In this document: piece after piece, positions 23,594 through 34,703 of the stretch
Numbering within the stretch: position 1 is the first letter of the stretch
Layout: every line of letters starts with the position of its first letter
Assembly: GCA_016867725.1 (NCBI GenBank)
Contig: VGIX01000001.1
Span: 99,575-163,574 of the forward strand
Origin: Candidatus Effluviviaceae Genus I sp.
GTDB lineage: Bacteria; Joyebacterota; Joyebacteria; Joyebacterales; Joyebacteraceae
Direction: 5' to 3'
Length of the DNA stretch: 64,000 nt
Notes under the pieces: generated by a model
Database searches by the model: none
What the model was told of the DNA's origin: nothing
Seen by the model: only the letters and a program-made list of their open reading frames with translations
Made by a program: the position numbers and the translations under genes

Positions 23594-24547
23594 TCAGGCG
23601 GGCGTCCGGAAGTGGTGTGCGGCGAGCAGCGCGGCGCCCACGACGCCGGCCGTCTCCCCGAGGAGAGCCGGCACGACCTTCGGGAGCCGCCACGGAGGGC
23701 CGGCGACGCGCGCCGCCATCTCCGTCCGCGCGGGCGAAAGGAGGCTCTCCCCGGCCGACGCGACGCCGCCGCCGATGACGATGACCTCGAGGTCCAGGAT
23801 CTCGACGAGGTTCGCAAGCCCCACGCCAAGGAGGCGCCCGGTCTCCTCCATCACGCCCAGGGCGGCGGCGTCGCCGCCCGCCGCGGCCTGGCCGACGTCC
23901 TTCGCGGTCAGCGCCCCGGCGCGCGCCGCGGCGGCCAGCGCCGACGACCCGCCGCGCGCGCGCTCCGCCGCCCGCGCCACGATGGCGTCCGCGCTCACGA
24001 GCCGCTCGAGGCACCCCGTGCCCCCGCACGCGCACGCCGGCCCGTCGAGGTCGATCGTCGCGTGCCCCACCTCGCCGGCGAAGCCGTGCGACCCGCGGTA
24101 CAGCCGGCCGCCCAGGATGAGACCGCCGCCGACCCCGGTCCCGATCGTGAGCACGGCGGCATTCCCGGCTCCGCGCGCCGCCCCGGCCCGGTGCTCCGCG
24201 TACGCCGCGGCGTTCGCGTCGTTCTCCACGAGCGTCCGCGCGCCCAGCGCCTCGGACAGCAGACGCGCGAGCTCGACGTCCCGCCACGACGGCAGGTTCG
24301 GCGACAGGCGGACGACGCCCCGCGCGCCGTCCACGAGGCCCGCGCAGCCGACGCCGCACGCGTTCGGCCGCGCTTCCCCGCCGGGCCGCTCGAGCTCCTC
24401 GACGAGGCCCGCCGCGGCCGCGACGGCGTCGGCGGGGTCCCCGCCGGACCATGCCCTGAGCAGGAAGGCGGCGACTGTCCCCTCGTCGGAAACGAGCGCC
24501 GCCTTCACGTTCGTGCCGCCGATGTCGATGCCCAGGCAGTGCGGCAA
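23594..24547 (-). CDS. ROK family sugar kinase (glucokinase-like)
   Basis: GIDIGGTN, ENDANAAA, GTGVGGG, GEVGH, CACG..GCLE. Confidence 0.93.
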   Translation of the reverse strand: MPHCLGIDIGGTNVKAALVSDEGTVAAFLLRAWSGGDPADAVAAAAGLVEELERPGGEARPNACGVGCAGLVDGARGVVRLSPNLPSWRDVELARLLSEALGARTLVENDANAAAYAEHRAGAARGAGNAAVLTIGTGVGGGLILGGRLYRGSHGFAGEVGHATIDLDGPACACGGTGCLERLVSADAIVARAAERARGGSSALAAAARAGALTAKDVGQAAAGGDAAALGVMEETGRLLGVGLANLVEILDLEVIVIGGGVASAGESLLSPARTEMAARVAGPPWRLPKVVPALLGETAGVVGAALLAAHHFRTPA

Positions 24548-24553
24548 GGCTGC

Positions 24554-25672
<1,119 letters not shown>

Positions 25673-25692
25673 CGGAACCTCCAGAACCCGGC

Positions 25693-27015
25693 TCACGCCT
25701 CCGCCGGCCGGCCGACTCCCAGGCTCGTGAGAACGTCGCCGACAGTGTAGTGCGAACCCGTGACCAGGACAAGGTCGCCCTCCCGCGCCTCGTCGAGCGC
25801 GCTCCTGAGCGCCGCCCCCGCCGAGGGGACCACGCGGGCCGGGATGCCGAGTTCGCCGGCGGCCGCCGCGACGTCCTCGGGCGCCGCGGCGCGCGGCGTG
25901 GACGGGCGCATGGCCACGAGGCTGTCCGTGATGTCCGCGAGCGCGCCGAGGAACCCCCGCGCGTCCTTGTCCGCCATGATCCCCAGCACGACGATGAGGC
26001 GGTCGAAGTCGAACACCTCGTCGACCGCCGCCGCGAGCGCGGCCGCCGCGTCGGGATTGTGCGCGACGTCGGCGACGACCGTGGGCCGTCGCTCGAGGAT
26101 CTGCAGCCTCCCGAGGACGCCGGCGTCCGACAGGCCGCGACGCAGCGCGGCCTCGGACAGGCGGAAGGCCCCGAGGCCGGCAAGCTCGTGGAGGGCGACG
26201 AGCGCGGCCCGCGCGTTCGCGATCTGATGCCTCCCGAGCATCGACACGCGGAGCGACTCGTACCGCGTCCCCAGGCACTCGACGTCGAAGACGCTCCCGT
26301 TCGCCCCGACGCGCGCCTCGCCCAGGCGCGACGCGGCCGCGATGTCCACGAGGCGCGCCCGCCTCGCCGCGGCCGCGCCGCGGATGACGTCCAGCGCGTC
26401 GCCCTCCGCGCCGCAGACGACGACGCCCCCGTCGCGGACGATGCCGGCCTTCTCCGCCGCGATCGACGCGAGGCTGCCCCCGAGGACGTCGGTGTGGTCC
26501 AGCGCGATCCTCGTGATGACCGACAGGGCGGAATCGAGCGCGTTCGTCGCGTCGAGCCGCCCGCCGAGACCGACCTCCGCGACCACCAGGTCCGCGCCCC
26601 GCTCGGCGAAGTGCACGGCGGCCGCCGCGGTCACGATCTCGAAGAAGGTCGCCTCGATCTCGTCGGCGGCAGGCTTGAGCCGCTCGACGATCTCGAGGAC
26701 GGTCGGAGGCGGTATCGGCGCGCCGTCCACCGTGATGCGCTCGGTGAAGTCCACGACGTGGGGCGAGGTGTACAGGCCCGTGCGCAGCCCGTGCTCGGTG
26801 AGCACGCGGGCGATCATGGTGGAGGTGGAGCCCTTCCCGTTCGTCCCGGCGACGTGGACGATGCGGAACGCGCGGTCCGGCCGACCCGCCGCCTCGAGCA
26901 GCCTCTCGACCCGCTCGAGGCCCGGCTTCATCACGAAGCGGTGGCGGGCGAAGAGCCAGTCGAGGCACGAGCGGTAGCTGTCAAAGGCCCTGCCGTCGCG
27001 CTTGGTCAAGCGCAT
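25693..27015 (-). CDS. folC: Folylpolyglutamate / dihydrofolate synthase
   Basis: HVAGTNGKGST, YTSPH, EVGLGGRLDATN, DVAHNP, TGSHY; start may be TTG at 27009. Confidence 0.95.
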   Translation of the reverse strand: MRLTKRDGRAFDSYRSCLDWLFARHRFVMKPGLERVERLLEAAGRPDRAFRIVHVAGTNGKGSTSTMIARVLTEHGLRTGLYTSPHVVDFTERITVDGAPIPPPTVLEIVERLKPAADEIEATFFEIVTAAAAVHFAERGADLVVAEVGLGGRLDATNALDSALSVITRIALDHTDVLGGSLASIAAEKAGIVRDGGVVVCGAEGDALDVIRGAAAARRARLVDIAAASRLGEARVGANGSVFDVECLGTRYESLRVSMLGRHQIANARAALVALHELAGLGAFRLSEAALRRGLSDAGVLGRLQILERRPTVVADVAHNPDAAAALAAAVDEVFDFDRLIVVLGIMADKDARGFLGALADITDSLVAMRPSTPRAAAPEDVAAAAGELGIPARVVPSAGAALRSALDEAREGDLVLVTGSHYTVGDVLTSLGVGRPAEA

Positions 27016-27883
27016 CCTCCGCGCGGTCGCGCCCCTCATCGGCGAAGAAGGCGAGCACTCTCGATACGGTCCGCTTGAGGTCCTTGCGGCGCACGACCAT
27101 GTCCACCATGCCGTGCGAGAGCATGAACTCGGCCCGCTGGAAGCCGCCGGGCAGGTCCTGCTTGATCGTCTGCTGGATGACCCTCGGGCCGGCGAAGCCG
27201 ATGAGCGCGCCGGGCTCGGCGATGATGATGTCGCCGAGCGAGGCGAAGCTCGCGGTCACTCCGCCGGTGGTCGGGTGGGCCTGGATGGCGATGTGCAGAA
27301 GCCCCTCCTCGTGCAGCCTCGCGAGCATGGCGCTCGTCTTCGCCATCTGCATGAGCGAGAAGATACCCTCCTGCATCCGCGCTCCGCCCGTGCTCGAGAC
27401 CGTGACGAGCGGCACGCGCTCTTCGATGGCCATGCGCGTGAGCCGCGCGATCTTCTCGCCCATCACGGAGCCCATGCTCCCGCCGAGGAACGCGAACTCG
27501 AGGAGCGCGAGCATGGCGAGATGCCCGTCGATCCTGCCGCTCCCGGTGTGCACGGCCTCGTTGAGCCCGGACTTGCGCTTCGCCGCGTCGAGCCGGTCGG
27601 AGTATCGCTTGGAGTCGACGAAGCCCAACGGGTCCGTGGGCTCGATCCCCGAGAGAAGCTCAACGAAGCTCCCCTCGTCCACCAGGAGGTCGCGGTACTG
27701 CTCCGCGCCGATCTGGAAGTGATAGCCGCACCGGGCGCAGGTCCACAGGCCGCGCTCGAGCTCCTTGTGGTAGATGATCTCGCCGCACCCCTCGCACTTG
27801 CGCCACAGGCCGTCGGGCACCTCGCGCCTGGGCGCTTCCTTGATGGCGGGCTTCCTTCGCTTGAGCCACGGCACCTGGTCCAT
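26981..27883 (-). CDS. accD: Acetyl-CoA carboxylase carboxyltransferase beta subunit
   Basis: LWRKCEGC zinc finger, GGSMGS, GGARMQEG, PTTGGVTAS, IGFAGPRVI. Confidence 0.97.
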   Translation of the reverse strand: MDQVPWLKRRKPAIKEAPRREVPDGLWRKCEGCGEIIYHKELERGLWTCARCGYHFQIGAEQYRDLLVDEGSFVELLSGIEPTDPLGFVDSKRYSDRLDAAKRKSGLNEAVHTGSGRIDGHLAMLALLEFAFLGGSMGSVMGEKIARLTRMAIEERVPLVTVSSTGGARMQEGIFSLMQMAKTSAMLARLHEEGLLHIAIQAHPTTGGVTASFASLGDIIIAEPGALIGFAGPRVIQQTIKQDLPGGFQRAEFMLSHGMVDMVVRRKDLKRTVSRVLAFFADEGRDRAEDALDQARRQGL

Positions 27884-27933
27884 AGCCCCTCCGGGAACGA
27901 GTCGGATCGCCGCGCACGCGGGCGCCTCGGCGA

Positions 27934-28731
27934 TTATAGCCGCTCCGCGACCCCCTCGACGAGCGAAAGGAGCTTCCTCGATCCGGCGCGGCCGGCCCTG
28001 AGGACCTCCCCGTGCGTCGTGCTCGTGAAGCGGCCGGGAAGCGGGACGTTCGTGATGAGCGAGAGGCCGAGCACCTCCATGCCGGCGCCCGCCGCGGCCG
28101 CCGCCTCGGAGACCGTCGACATGCCGACGGCGGAGGCCCCGAGCCTCCGGGCCAGCGAGATCTCCGCCGGCGTCTCGTAGGCCGGCCCGAGCGACCCGAG
28201 GTACACGCCCTCGCGAAGCGCGATGCCGCGCGCCGCGCCGACGTCCCGCGCGAGCGCCGCGAGGCGCGGCGAGTACGCGGGCGCGCGGCCCGTCGGCGCG
28301 CCGGCCGTGCGGCATCGCCCGCCGAGGAGCGATATCTGATCGACGATGAGCATCACGTCCCCGACCGAGAAGCCCGGGTCCACGCCGCCCGAGGCGTTCG
28401 TGAGAGCGAGCGCGACGACCCCGAGGCGGCGCAGCGCGCGCACGGCGAACACGACCTCGTCGGGGCCACGCCCCTCGTAGTGGTGCACGCGGCCGGAGAT
28501 CACGAGCGCCGGCTTCGACGCGATCGTGCACGAGACGACGGCGCCGTCGTGCCCCCCGACTCCGGGAACGGGGAAGCCGGGCACGTCCGCGCACCGCGCG
28601 CGGGCGATGACCTCGACACCGTCCAGGAACGACGAGAGCCCGGAGCCGAGCACGATGCCGAGCGTCGCGCCGCCGAACCCGGCCCGCCCCAGCCAGTCCA
28701 CGGACCGCGCGAGCCGGTCTCTCGAGGTCAT
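27934..28731 (-). CDS. Purine-nucleoside phosphorylase (trimeric type)
   Basis: VLGSGL, GR.H.YEG, TNASGG, GPAYETPAE, VGMSTV.E, LITN. Confidence 0.92.
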   Translation of the reverse strand: MTSRDRLARSVDWLGRAGFGGATLGIVLGSGLSSFLDGVEVIARARCADVPGFPVPGVGGHDGAVVSCTIASKPALVISGRVHHYEGRGPDEVVFAVRALRRLGVVALALTNASGGVDPGFSVGDVMLIVDQISLLGGRCRTAGAPTGRAPAYSPRLAALARDVGAARGIALREGVYLGSLGPAYETPAEISLARRLGASAVGMSTVSEAAAAAGAGMEVLGLSLITNVPLPGRFTSTTHGEVLRAGRAGSRKLLSLVEGVAERL

Positions 28732-29234
28732 GCCACGCCCTCCGCGCCCGGGCCGTCGGCCGCCTCGCCGAACTCGCGGAACATGACGAGCGCGTGCTCG
28801 CCGTTGTCCTCGTAGTACCCGCGGCGGATCGCGACGCCGCGGAACCCGCACCGCTCGTAGACGGCGATGGCGCGGGCGTTCGACACGCGCACCTCGAGCG
28901 CCGCGTGCCGGATGCCGCGCCCGGCCGCCGCGGCGAGCGCCGCCGCCACGAGCCGGGCGCCGAGGCCCTCGCCCTGTCTGTCCGGTCGGACCGCGAGATT
29001 GCCGATGTGGAGCTCGTCGACGACGTGCCAGGCGACGAGGTACCCCTCGACGCGACCGCCCTCCTCGGCGACGAACGACATGGAGCGCGTGTCCCCGGAG
29101 ACCTCGTTCTCGAACGACTGCCTCGACCACGGCATCGCGAAGACCGCCTGCTCGATCTCGCAGACGGCGTCGAGGTCGTCCGCGGTCATCGGCCTCACGG
29201 TCACGGGGTCCGACACGGCGCGCGCGTCCATCAC
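28728..29234 (-). CDS. rimI: Ribosomal-protein-alanine N-acetyltransferase
   Basis: F..PWS, ELHIGNLAV, LEVRVSN..AI..Y, RRGYY. Confidence 0.92.
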   Translation of the reverse strand: MMDARAVSDPVTVRPMTADDLDAVCEIEQAVFAMPWSRQSFENEVSGDTRSMSFVAEEGGRVEGYLVAWHVVDELHIGNLAVRPDRQGEGLGARLVAAALAAAAGRGIRHAALEVRVSNARAIAVYERCGFRGVAIRRGYYEDNGEHALVMFREFGEAADGPGAEGVA

Positions 29235-29899
29235 ACGCCCCGGAGGTAGATGGGCTCGAGCGCGTCGAGGTCGGGCGGAGGAGCAGCCGAAGCGCCCTCG
29301 ACCATCGCCGCGATCGCGCGCGCCGAGGGCCTCTGCAGCTCCTCCGACGGGAAGCGCGCCGCGTCCCCGAGCGCCCGCATGAGCTCGTCGCGGTACGCTA
29401 CGGCCCCGGTGCCGACGAGGAGCACGGGCTTCCCGGCCGCCGCGCCGGCCACGCGCGCGGCGAAGGCGTCCGGCGGCTCGGCGGCGTCATCGAGAAGGCG
29501 CCGGGGCGCCCGCCCCAGCACGAAGAGCGCCCCGTAGACCTCGCCGCGCCTGGCGTCGAGCGCCGCGCCCACGAGCTCCCCCTCGTCCCGGGCGCTCCGC
29601 GCGAGGGCCTCGAGCGTCGGCACCGGCCGCACGGGCACGCCGGAGACCGCCGAGAGCCCCTTGGCCGTCGCGAGACCCACCCTGAGGCCCGTGAAGCGCC
29701 CCGGCCCGATCGAGACGCCGATGGCGTCGAGCGCCCTGAGGTCCGTCCCGGACTCGCGAAGCGTCTCGGCGATGGCGATGATGAGCTCCTCGGCGCGGCC
29801 GCGGCCGGCGGCGAGCCGTCGCGCGGCCAGGACCTCGCCGCCCTCGACGACGGCGACGTCCTCGACGGGTGTTGAGGTCTCGATCGTGAGCACGCGCAT
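29231..29899 (-). CDS. tsaB: t6A biosynthesis protein TsaB
   Basis: L.IETS, GPG.FTGLRVG, DARRGEVY, LEPIYLR. Confidence 0.95.
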   Translation of the reverse strand: MRVLTIETSTPVEDVAVVEGGEVLAARRLAAGRGRAEELIIAIAETLRESGTDLRALDAIGVSIGPGRFTGLRVGLATAKGLSAVSGVPVRPVPTLEALARSARDEGELVGAALDARRGEVYGALFVLGRAPRRLLDDAAEPPDAFAARVAGAAAGKPVLLVGTGAVAYRDELMRALGDAARFPSEELQRPSARAIAAMVEGASAAPPPDLDALEPIYLRGV

Positions 29900-29903
29900 C
29901 GCC

Positions 29904-30401
29904 CTACTCCCTCCCCCGTCCGCTCGCCCAGCGGTCAGCCGCCTCGACCGCCGGCGCGTGGGCCGGCCCCGTCGCCGTGAGGGTCACGCGGCGGACCTCC
30001 GCGTCCACGAGCTCGAGCGAGACGTCCAGCCGGTCCTTCGGCAGGAGCTCGGGGACGCGGTCCGCCCACTCGACGAGCGCCACGCCTTCGCCGTAGAAGA
30101 GCTCGCGATACCCGAGCTCGTGGAGCGGCCCGGCGTCCGACAGGCGGTACAGGTCAACGTGGATGACGGGCACGCGGCCCGCGTACTCGTTGACGATGAC
30201 GAAGCTCGGGCTCGACACGACCCCGGAGCAACCGAGCCCCAGCGCGATGCCCTGCGCGAGGACGGTCTTGCCGCTTCCCAGCTCCCCGAGGAGCCCCACG
30301 AAGCCGCCCGCCGGAAGGGCGCGGCCGAGCGCGCGGCCGAGCTCCCGCGTCTCGTCGGGCGACCGCGTGACGATCGCGTGAGGGCCGGCGCGGCGCGTCA
30401 T
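29904..30401 (-). CDS. tsaE: t6A biosynthesis ATPase TsaE
   Basis: GELGSGKT, SPSF.IVNEY, HVDLYRL, VEWADR. Confidence 0.95.
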   Translation of the reverse strand: MTRRAGPHAIVTRSPDETRELGRALGRALPAGGFVGLLGELGSGKTVLAQGIALGLGCSGVVSSPSFVIVNEYAGRVPVIHVDLYRLSDAGPLHELGYRELFYGEGVALVEWADRVPELLPKDRLDVSLELVDAEVRRVTLTATGPAHAPAVEAADRWASGRGRE

Positions 30402-30403
30402 CG

Positions 30404-31966
30404 TCAGGCCTTCGGAAGCATGACCGCGCAGGGAAGGACCATCTCCTCGAGCGAGATCCCGCCGTGCTGGAAGCTTCCCTTGTACTGGCGCTCGTAGCGG
30501 TGGAAATCGGTCGGGTACACGAAGTAGTAGTCCTCCTTCGCGATCGCGTACTGCTTGCTCGCCCCGTCGCTCGGCAGCTTGAAGCGGGCCGGGTTCGTGA
30601 TGAGGAACGTCTCCTTCTCGTTGCACCCCAGGTTGCTCCCGAACTTGTAGCGGAGGTTCGTCGAGGTCTCTCGGTTCCCGCGCACGAGCGCCGCGCGCCT
30701 GCCGAGCGTCACGCCGTGGTCCGTCGTGAGGACGACGGCCGCCTTGTGCCTGGCCATCTCGATGAGGATGTGATAGAGGGCCGAGTGGTTGAACCACGAC
30801 CGCACGAGCGAGCGGAACGCCGCCTCGTCGGGCGCGATCTCCTGGAGGATCTCCGACTCGGACCGCGAGTGCGAGAGGATGTCGACGAAGTTGTACACGA
30901 GCGACACGAGCGAGAGCCCGCGCATCGAGGACATCTGCCGCCGGACGTTGTCCGCCTCGTCCTTCTCGTAGATCTTCACGTACTTCGGCTCCGGCGTCAG
31001 GCGGACGCCGAGCCGATCGAGCTGCGCGTCCATGAGCTGACGCTCGTAGCGGTTCTTGCTGAACTCGTCGCGCGCGGGCGTGGCCCAGAGGTCCGGGTAC
31101 TTCTCGCCGAGCTGCGAGGGATAGAGCCCGCTGAAGAGCGCGTTCCGCGAGAACGGCGTCGCGGTCGGGAGGATCGAGTAGTAGTAGTGGTTCGTGATGT
31201 CGAAGAACGACTCGAGACTCGTCGCGATGCTCAGCCAGTGGTCCAGGCGCATGCAGTCGAGCACGACGAAGTAGACCTTCTCCCTGGCCTTGAGCCTGGG
31301 CGCCACGAACGTCCGCACGACGTCCACCGAGAGCGGCGGCCGGTCCTTCGCGTCGTTGACCCACCCTTCGTAGTTGGCGACCACGTAGCGCGAGAACTCG
31401 GCGTTGGCGCTGTGCTCGAGATCGTCGTGCGCCTGCCGGAGCCCCGGGTCGCGGAACCGGTCGAGCTCGAGGTCCCACGACACGAGGCGCGTGTACAACT
31501 GGATCCAGTCCCGCCAGCCGAGCGGGTCCATGATGCTGCCGCGCAGCTCGGACGAGTCCTGAGCGTACCGCTGGGCCAGCTGGTCCTGGAGGATGCGCTG
31601 GCCGTCGAGGAGCCGCTTGATGGCGAGGAACACCTGCGAGGGCTTCACGGGCTTGATGAGGAAGTCGTCGATGCGCCGGCCGAGCGCGTCGTTCATCAGC
31701 TCCTCTTCCTCGCTCTTCGTGACCATCACGACGGGAACGGCCGGGTCGATGGCCTTGATCTCGCCCAGGGTCGTGAGTCCGTCCATGCCGACCATCATCT
31801 CGTCGAGCAGCACGATGTCGTAGCGGACCTTCTTCAGAAGCTCGATGGCCTCGCCGCCGCCCGGCGCGGGCGTGACGTCGTAGCCCTTCTGCTCGAGGAA
31901 TATCATGTGCGGCCGAAGCAGGTCGATCTCGTCGTCGACCCAGAGGACCTTCCTGGAACCGTTCAT
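30404..31966 (-). CDS. porX: PorX-like response regulator / PglZ alkaline-phosphatase-family protein
   Basis: Receiver LWVDDEIDLLRPH, LLDE.M.G.DG, MVTKSEEE; PglZ domain LDCMR.D.W, SILPTATPFSRNALFSG, NFVDILSH, TTDHG, FQHGGISLEEM. Confidence 0.88.
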   Translation of the reverse strand: MNGSRKVLWVDDEIDLLRPHMIFLEQKGYDVTPAPGGGEAIELLKKVRYDIVLLDEMMVGMDGLTTLGEIKAIDPAVPVVMVTKSEEEELMNDALGRRIDDFLIKPVKPSQVFLAIKRLLDGQRILQDQLAQRYAQDSSELRGSIMDPLGWRDWIQLYTRLVSWDLELDRFRDPGLRQAHDDLEHSANAEFSRYVVANYEGWVNDAKDRPPLSVDVVRTFVAPRLKAREKVYFVVLDCMRLDHWLSIATSLESFFDITNHYYYSILPTATPFSRNALFSGLYPSQLGEKYPDLWATPARDEFSKNRYERQLMDAQLDRLGVRLTPEPKYVKIYEKDEADNVRRQMSSMRGLSLVSLVYNFVDILSHSRSESEILQEIAPDEAAFRSLVRSWFNHSALYHILIEMARHKAAVVLTTDHGVTLGRRAALVRGNRETSTNLRYKFGSNLGCNEKETFLITNPARFKLPSDGASKQYAIAKEDYYFVYPTDFHRYERQYKGSFQHGGISLEEMVLPCAVMLPKA

Positions 31967-32016
31967 CCACTCCTCCACCCTGACCCCGGATGCGGCATGG
32001 GAGGCGCCGCGCCCTT

Positions 32017-33294
32017 CTAGGTCGCAGGAAGCGAGATGACGAAGGCCGTGCCCTTCCCGGGCTCGGTCCACGCCACGTAGAGACGCCCCTTGTGGTACTC
32101 CTCGACGATCCTCCGCGAGAGCGCAAGCCCGAGCCCCCAGCCCTTGCGCTTCGTGGAGTAGCCGGGCGCGAACACCCGGCGACGGTCGCCCGGCGGCAGG
32201 CCGCGGCCGCTGTCCTTGATGACGACCTCGACCACGCCGTCCCTGGGCACGTGCCGCGCGGAGATCTCGATGCGACCGCCGTCCTCGCCGAGCGCCTCGG
32301 CGGCGTTCTTCACGAGGTTCTCGATGACCCACTCCATGAGCTCGCGGTTGATGTCCACGAGCGGCACGTTCTCGTAGTTCTCCTCGATGGTGATGCTCCT
32401 GCCGAGACCGTGCAGCCGCCGTCGGAGGTAGTCGAGCGCCTCGCGGAGCACCCCGACGACGTCCTGCCGCCTGGTCCGCGGCGTCGAGCCGATCTGGTTG
32501 AAGCGCAGCGAGATCTTCTCGAGGCGCTCGAGGTCGCGCTGCATCTCGTCGGTCATGCGGACGAGCGCGTCCGGGTCGCTGTCCGCGCGCGTGGACTCCC
32601 GGATGAGCTCCACCCAGCCCATGAGCGACGAGATGGGGGTCCCAAGCTGGTGCGCCGTCTCGCGCGCCATCCCGATCCAGATGGACCGCAGCTCCGCGAG
32701 CTTCGCGTTCCTGAACCCGAGGAACCCCAGGAGCACGACGATGCCGAACGCGGCGAGCTCGAGCGCCGGCACGTAGCGCATCTCGCGGATCATGCTGGAC
32801 TCGCCGTAGTGCACATATCCGAGGGCAGGCTGGTTAGGGTGATGGGTCATCGGAATGGGCTCGTTGATCCTGTCGATGTCGCGCGCGAGCGCCATGACCT
32901 GCCCGAGCCTCGTGGAGTCGGGGGTCGCCGGGTGGGCGCGCAGGTACTCCTCGTGCGTCACGTCGTAGGGATCGAAGCCCACCGGCAGGTTCTTCCAGGT
33001 GATGGGCACGCCGCGGACGTCGGTGATCACGATGGGGAAGTTGATGGTCTCGATGAGCTTGCCGAAGACGAGCCGGAGCTCCTCGTCCTCGCTCGCCGCG
33101 TAGGTCGCGCTCGCGCACAGGCTCGCGATCGAGCTCGAGAGCGTCTCGGCCTGGACCTCGAGGCGGCGGATGAGGCTGTTGGTGTAGAGGAAGATGGCGA
33201 CGGCGATGACGAGGATGCCGACGAAGATGTAGGCCCTCGATCGCTGGAGCGCCAGCTCGTCGGCGTCGAGCCGCCACTGCCCGCCCTGTCGCAT
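32017..33294 (-). CDS. Membrane sensor histidine kinase
   Basis: Two TM segments, H-box WIGMARETAHQLGTPISSL, N-box ENLVKNA, D.G.G, F.PGYSTK..GWGLGL. Confidence 0.93.
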   Translation of the reverse strand: MRQGGQWRLDADELALQRSRAYIFVGILVIAVAIFLYTNSLIRRLEVQAETLSSSIASLCASATYAASEDEELRLVFGKLIETINFPIVITDVRGVPITWKNLPVGFDPYDVTHEEYLRAHPATPDSTRLGQVMALARDIDRINEPIPMTHHPNQPALGYVHYGESSMIREMRYVPALELAAFGIVVLLGFLGFRNAKLAELRSIWIGMARETAHQLGTPISSLMGWVELIRESTRADSDPDALVRMTDEMQRDLERLEKISLRFNQIGSTPRTRRQDVVGVLREALDYLRRRLHGLGRSITIEENYENVPLVDINRELMEWVIENLVKNAAEALGEDGGRIEISARHVPRDGVVEVVIKDSGRGLPPGDRRRVFAPGYSTKRKGWGLGLALSRRIVEEYHKGRLYVAWTEPGKGTAFVISLPAT

Positions 33295-33390
33295 CGCTGC
33301 CTCCGGACGCGGAACACGGCCGTTCGGGTCACAGCATACCACAGGAGCGGGCCGCGCGAAAGCGGGCGGCCCGCGACGGGGCGCGGGAGG

Positions 33391-34662
33391 CTACGCGATC
33401 TCGGAGAGGCCGCTCACGTACGGGCGCAGCGCGTCGGGGACGACGATCGTGCCGCGGTCGGTCTGGTAGTTCTCGATCACGGCGATCACCGTGCGGGGCA
33501 GCGCGACGCCGGAGCCGTTCAGCGTGTGCACGAAGCGCGCCTTGCCGCCGCCCGCCGGGCGGTACTGGATCCCCGCGCGCCGGGCCTGGAAGTCCTCGAA
33601 GTTGCTGCACGAGGAGACCTCGAGCCAGCGGCCGCAGCCCGGCGCCCACACGTCGAGGTCGTAGCACTTCGCGGCGGAGAACGAGAGGTCGCCCGTGCAC
33701 AGCGCCTTCACGCGGTACGGAAGGTCGAGGCGCTGGAGAATGGACTCGGCGCACGCCGTGAGCGACTCGAGCTCGTCGTACGAGGTCTCCGGCTCCACGA
33801 GCTTGACCATCTCGACCTTGTCGAACTGGTGCACGCGCACGAGCCCGCGTGTGTCCTTGCCGTACGAGCCCGCCTCGCGGCGGAAGCACGGCGTGTAGGC
33901 CGTGTAGCGGACGGGAAGCCGCTCGCCGGGCAGGATCTCGTCGCGATGGATGTTCGTGAGCGGCACCTCCGCGGTCGGGATGAGGAAGAGCTCGTCGCCC
34001 TCGCAGCGGTACATGTCGCTCTCGAGCTTCGGCAGCTGGCCCGTGCCGACCATCGAGTCGCGGTTGGCGACGAACGGCGGCGAGATCTCCGTGTACCCGT
34101 GCTCGGTCGTGTGGACGTCGAGCATGAACCGTATGAGCGCACGCTCGAGCAGGGCGCCCACTCCGACGAAGGTCACGAAGCCCGACCCCGCGATCTTCGA
34201 GGCGCTCCGGAAGTCGAGAATGCCCAGGGCCTCGCCGATCTCCCAGTGCGGCACGGGCTTCGCGGCGAGCGGGTGCGGGTCCCCCCACGACCGGACCGTG
34301 ACGTTCTCGTCCTCGGTGGCGCCGACGGGGACGCTCGCGTGCGGGACGTTCGGGATGGTGAGCTCGAGCGCGCGCACCTGCTCGCGCGCCGCGGCGATGC
34401 GCTCGTCGTGCTCCTTGATGCGCGCAGAGACGCCCCGCATCCTCTCGACGATCTCCGAAGCGTCGCCGCCCTCGCGCTTGAGCGCCGCCACCCGCTCGCT
34501 CGCCTCGTTGCGCTCGCGCTTGAGATCGTCGGCCGCGACGAGAAGCCCGCGGAGCTCGGCGTCCAGCTCGAGCAGACGGTCGAGGTCGGCCTTCTCCCCC
34601 TTGTCGCGGATCGCCGCGCGGACGACGTCGGGGTTCGCACGGATGAACCTGAGATCGAGCAC
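33391..34662 (-). CDS. serS: Serine--tRNA ligase
   Basis: LIPTAEVP, FRREAG, RVHQF.KVE, EVSSCSN, HTLNGSG. Confidence 0.98.
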   Translation of the reverse strand: MLDLRFIRANPDVVRAAIRDKGEKADLDRLLELDAELRGLLVAADDLKRERNEASERVAALKREGGDASEIVERMRGVSARIKEHDERIAAAREQVRALELTIPNVPHASVPVGATEDENVTVRSWGDPHPLAAKPVPHWEIGEALGILDFRSASKIAGSGFVTFVGVGALLERALIRFMLDVHTTEHGYTEISPPFVANRDSMVGTGQLPKLESDMYRCEGDELFLIPTAEVPLTNIHRDEILPGERLPVRYTAYTPCFRREAGSYGKDTRGLVRVHQFDKVEMVKLVEPETSYDELESLTACAESILQRLDLPYRVKALCTGDLSFSAAKCYDLDVWAPGCGRWLEVSSCSNFEDFQARRAGIQYRPAGGGKARFVHTLNGSGVALPRTVIAVIENYQTDRGTIVVPDALRPYVSGLSEIA

Positions 34663-34703
34663 GGGCGCATCCCCTGCGCGTCGCGACTCGCGCGACGGCG
34701 CGT

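Noticed and set aside
30404..31966. PglZ domain as part of a BREX phage-defence system
   Set aside because: It is fused to a receiver domain, sits beside tsaE, and has no brxC/pglX/brxL nearby, which is the PorX architecture.
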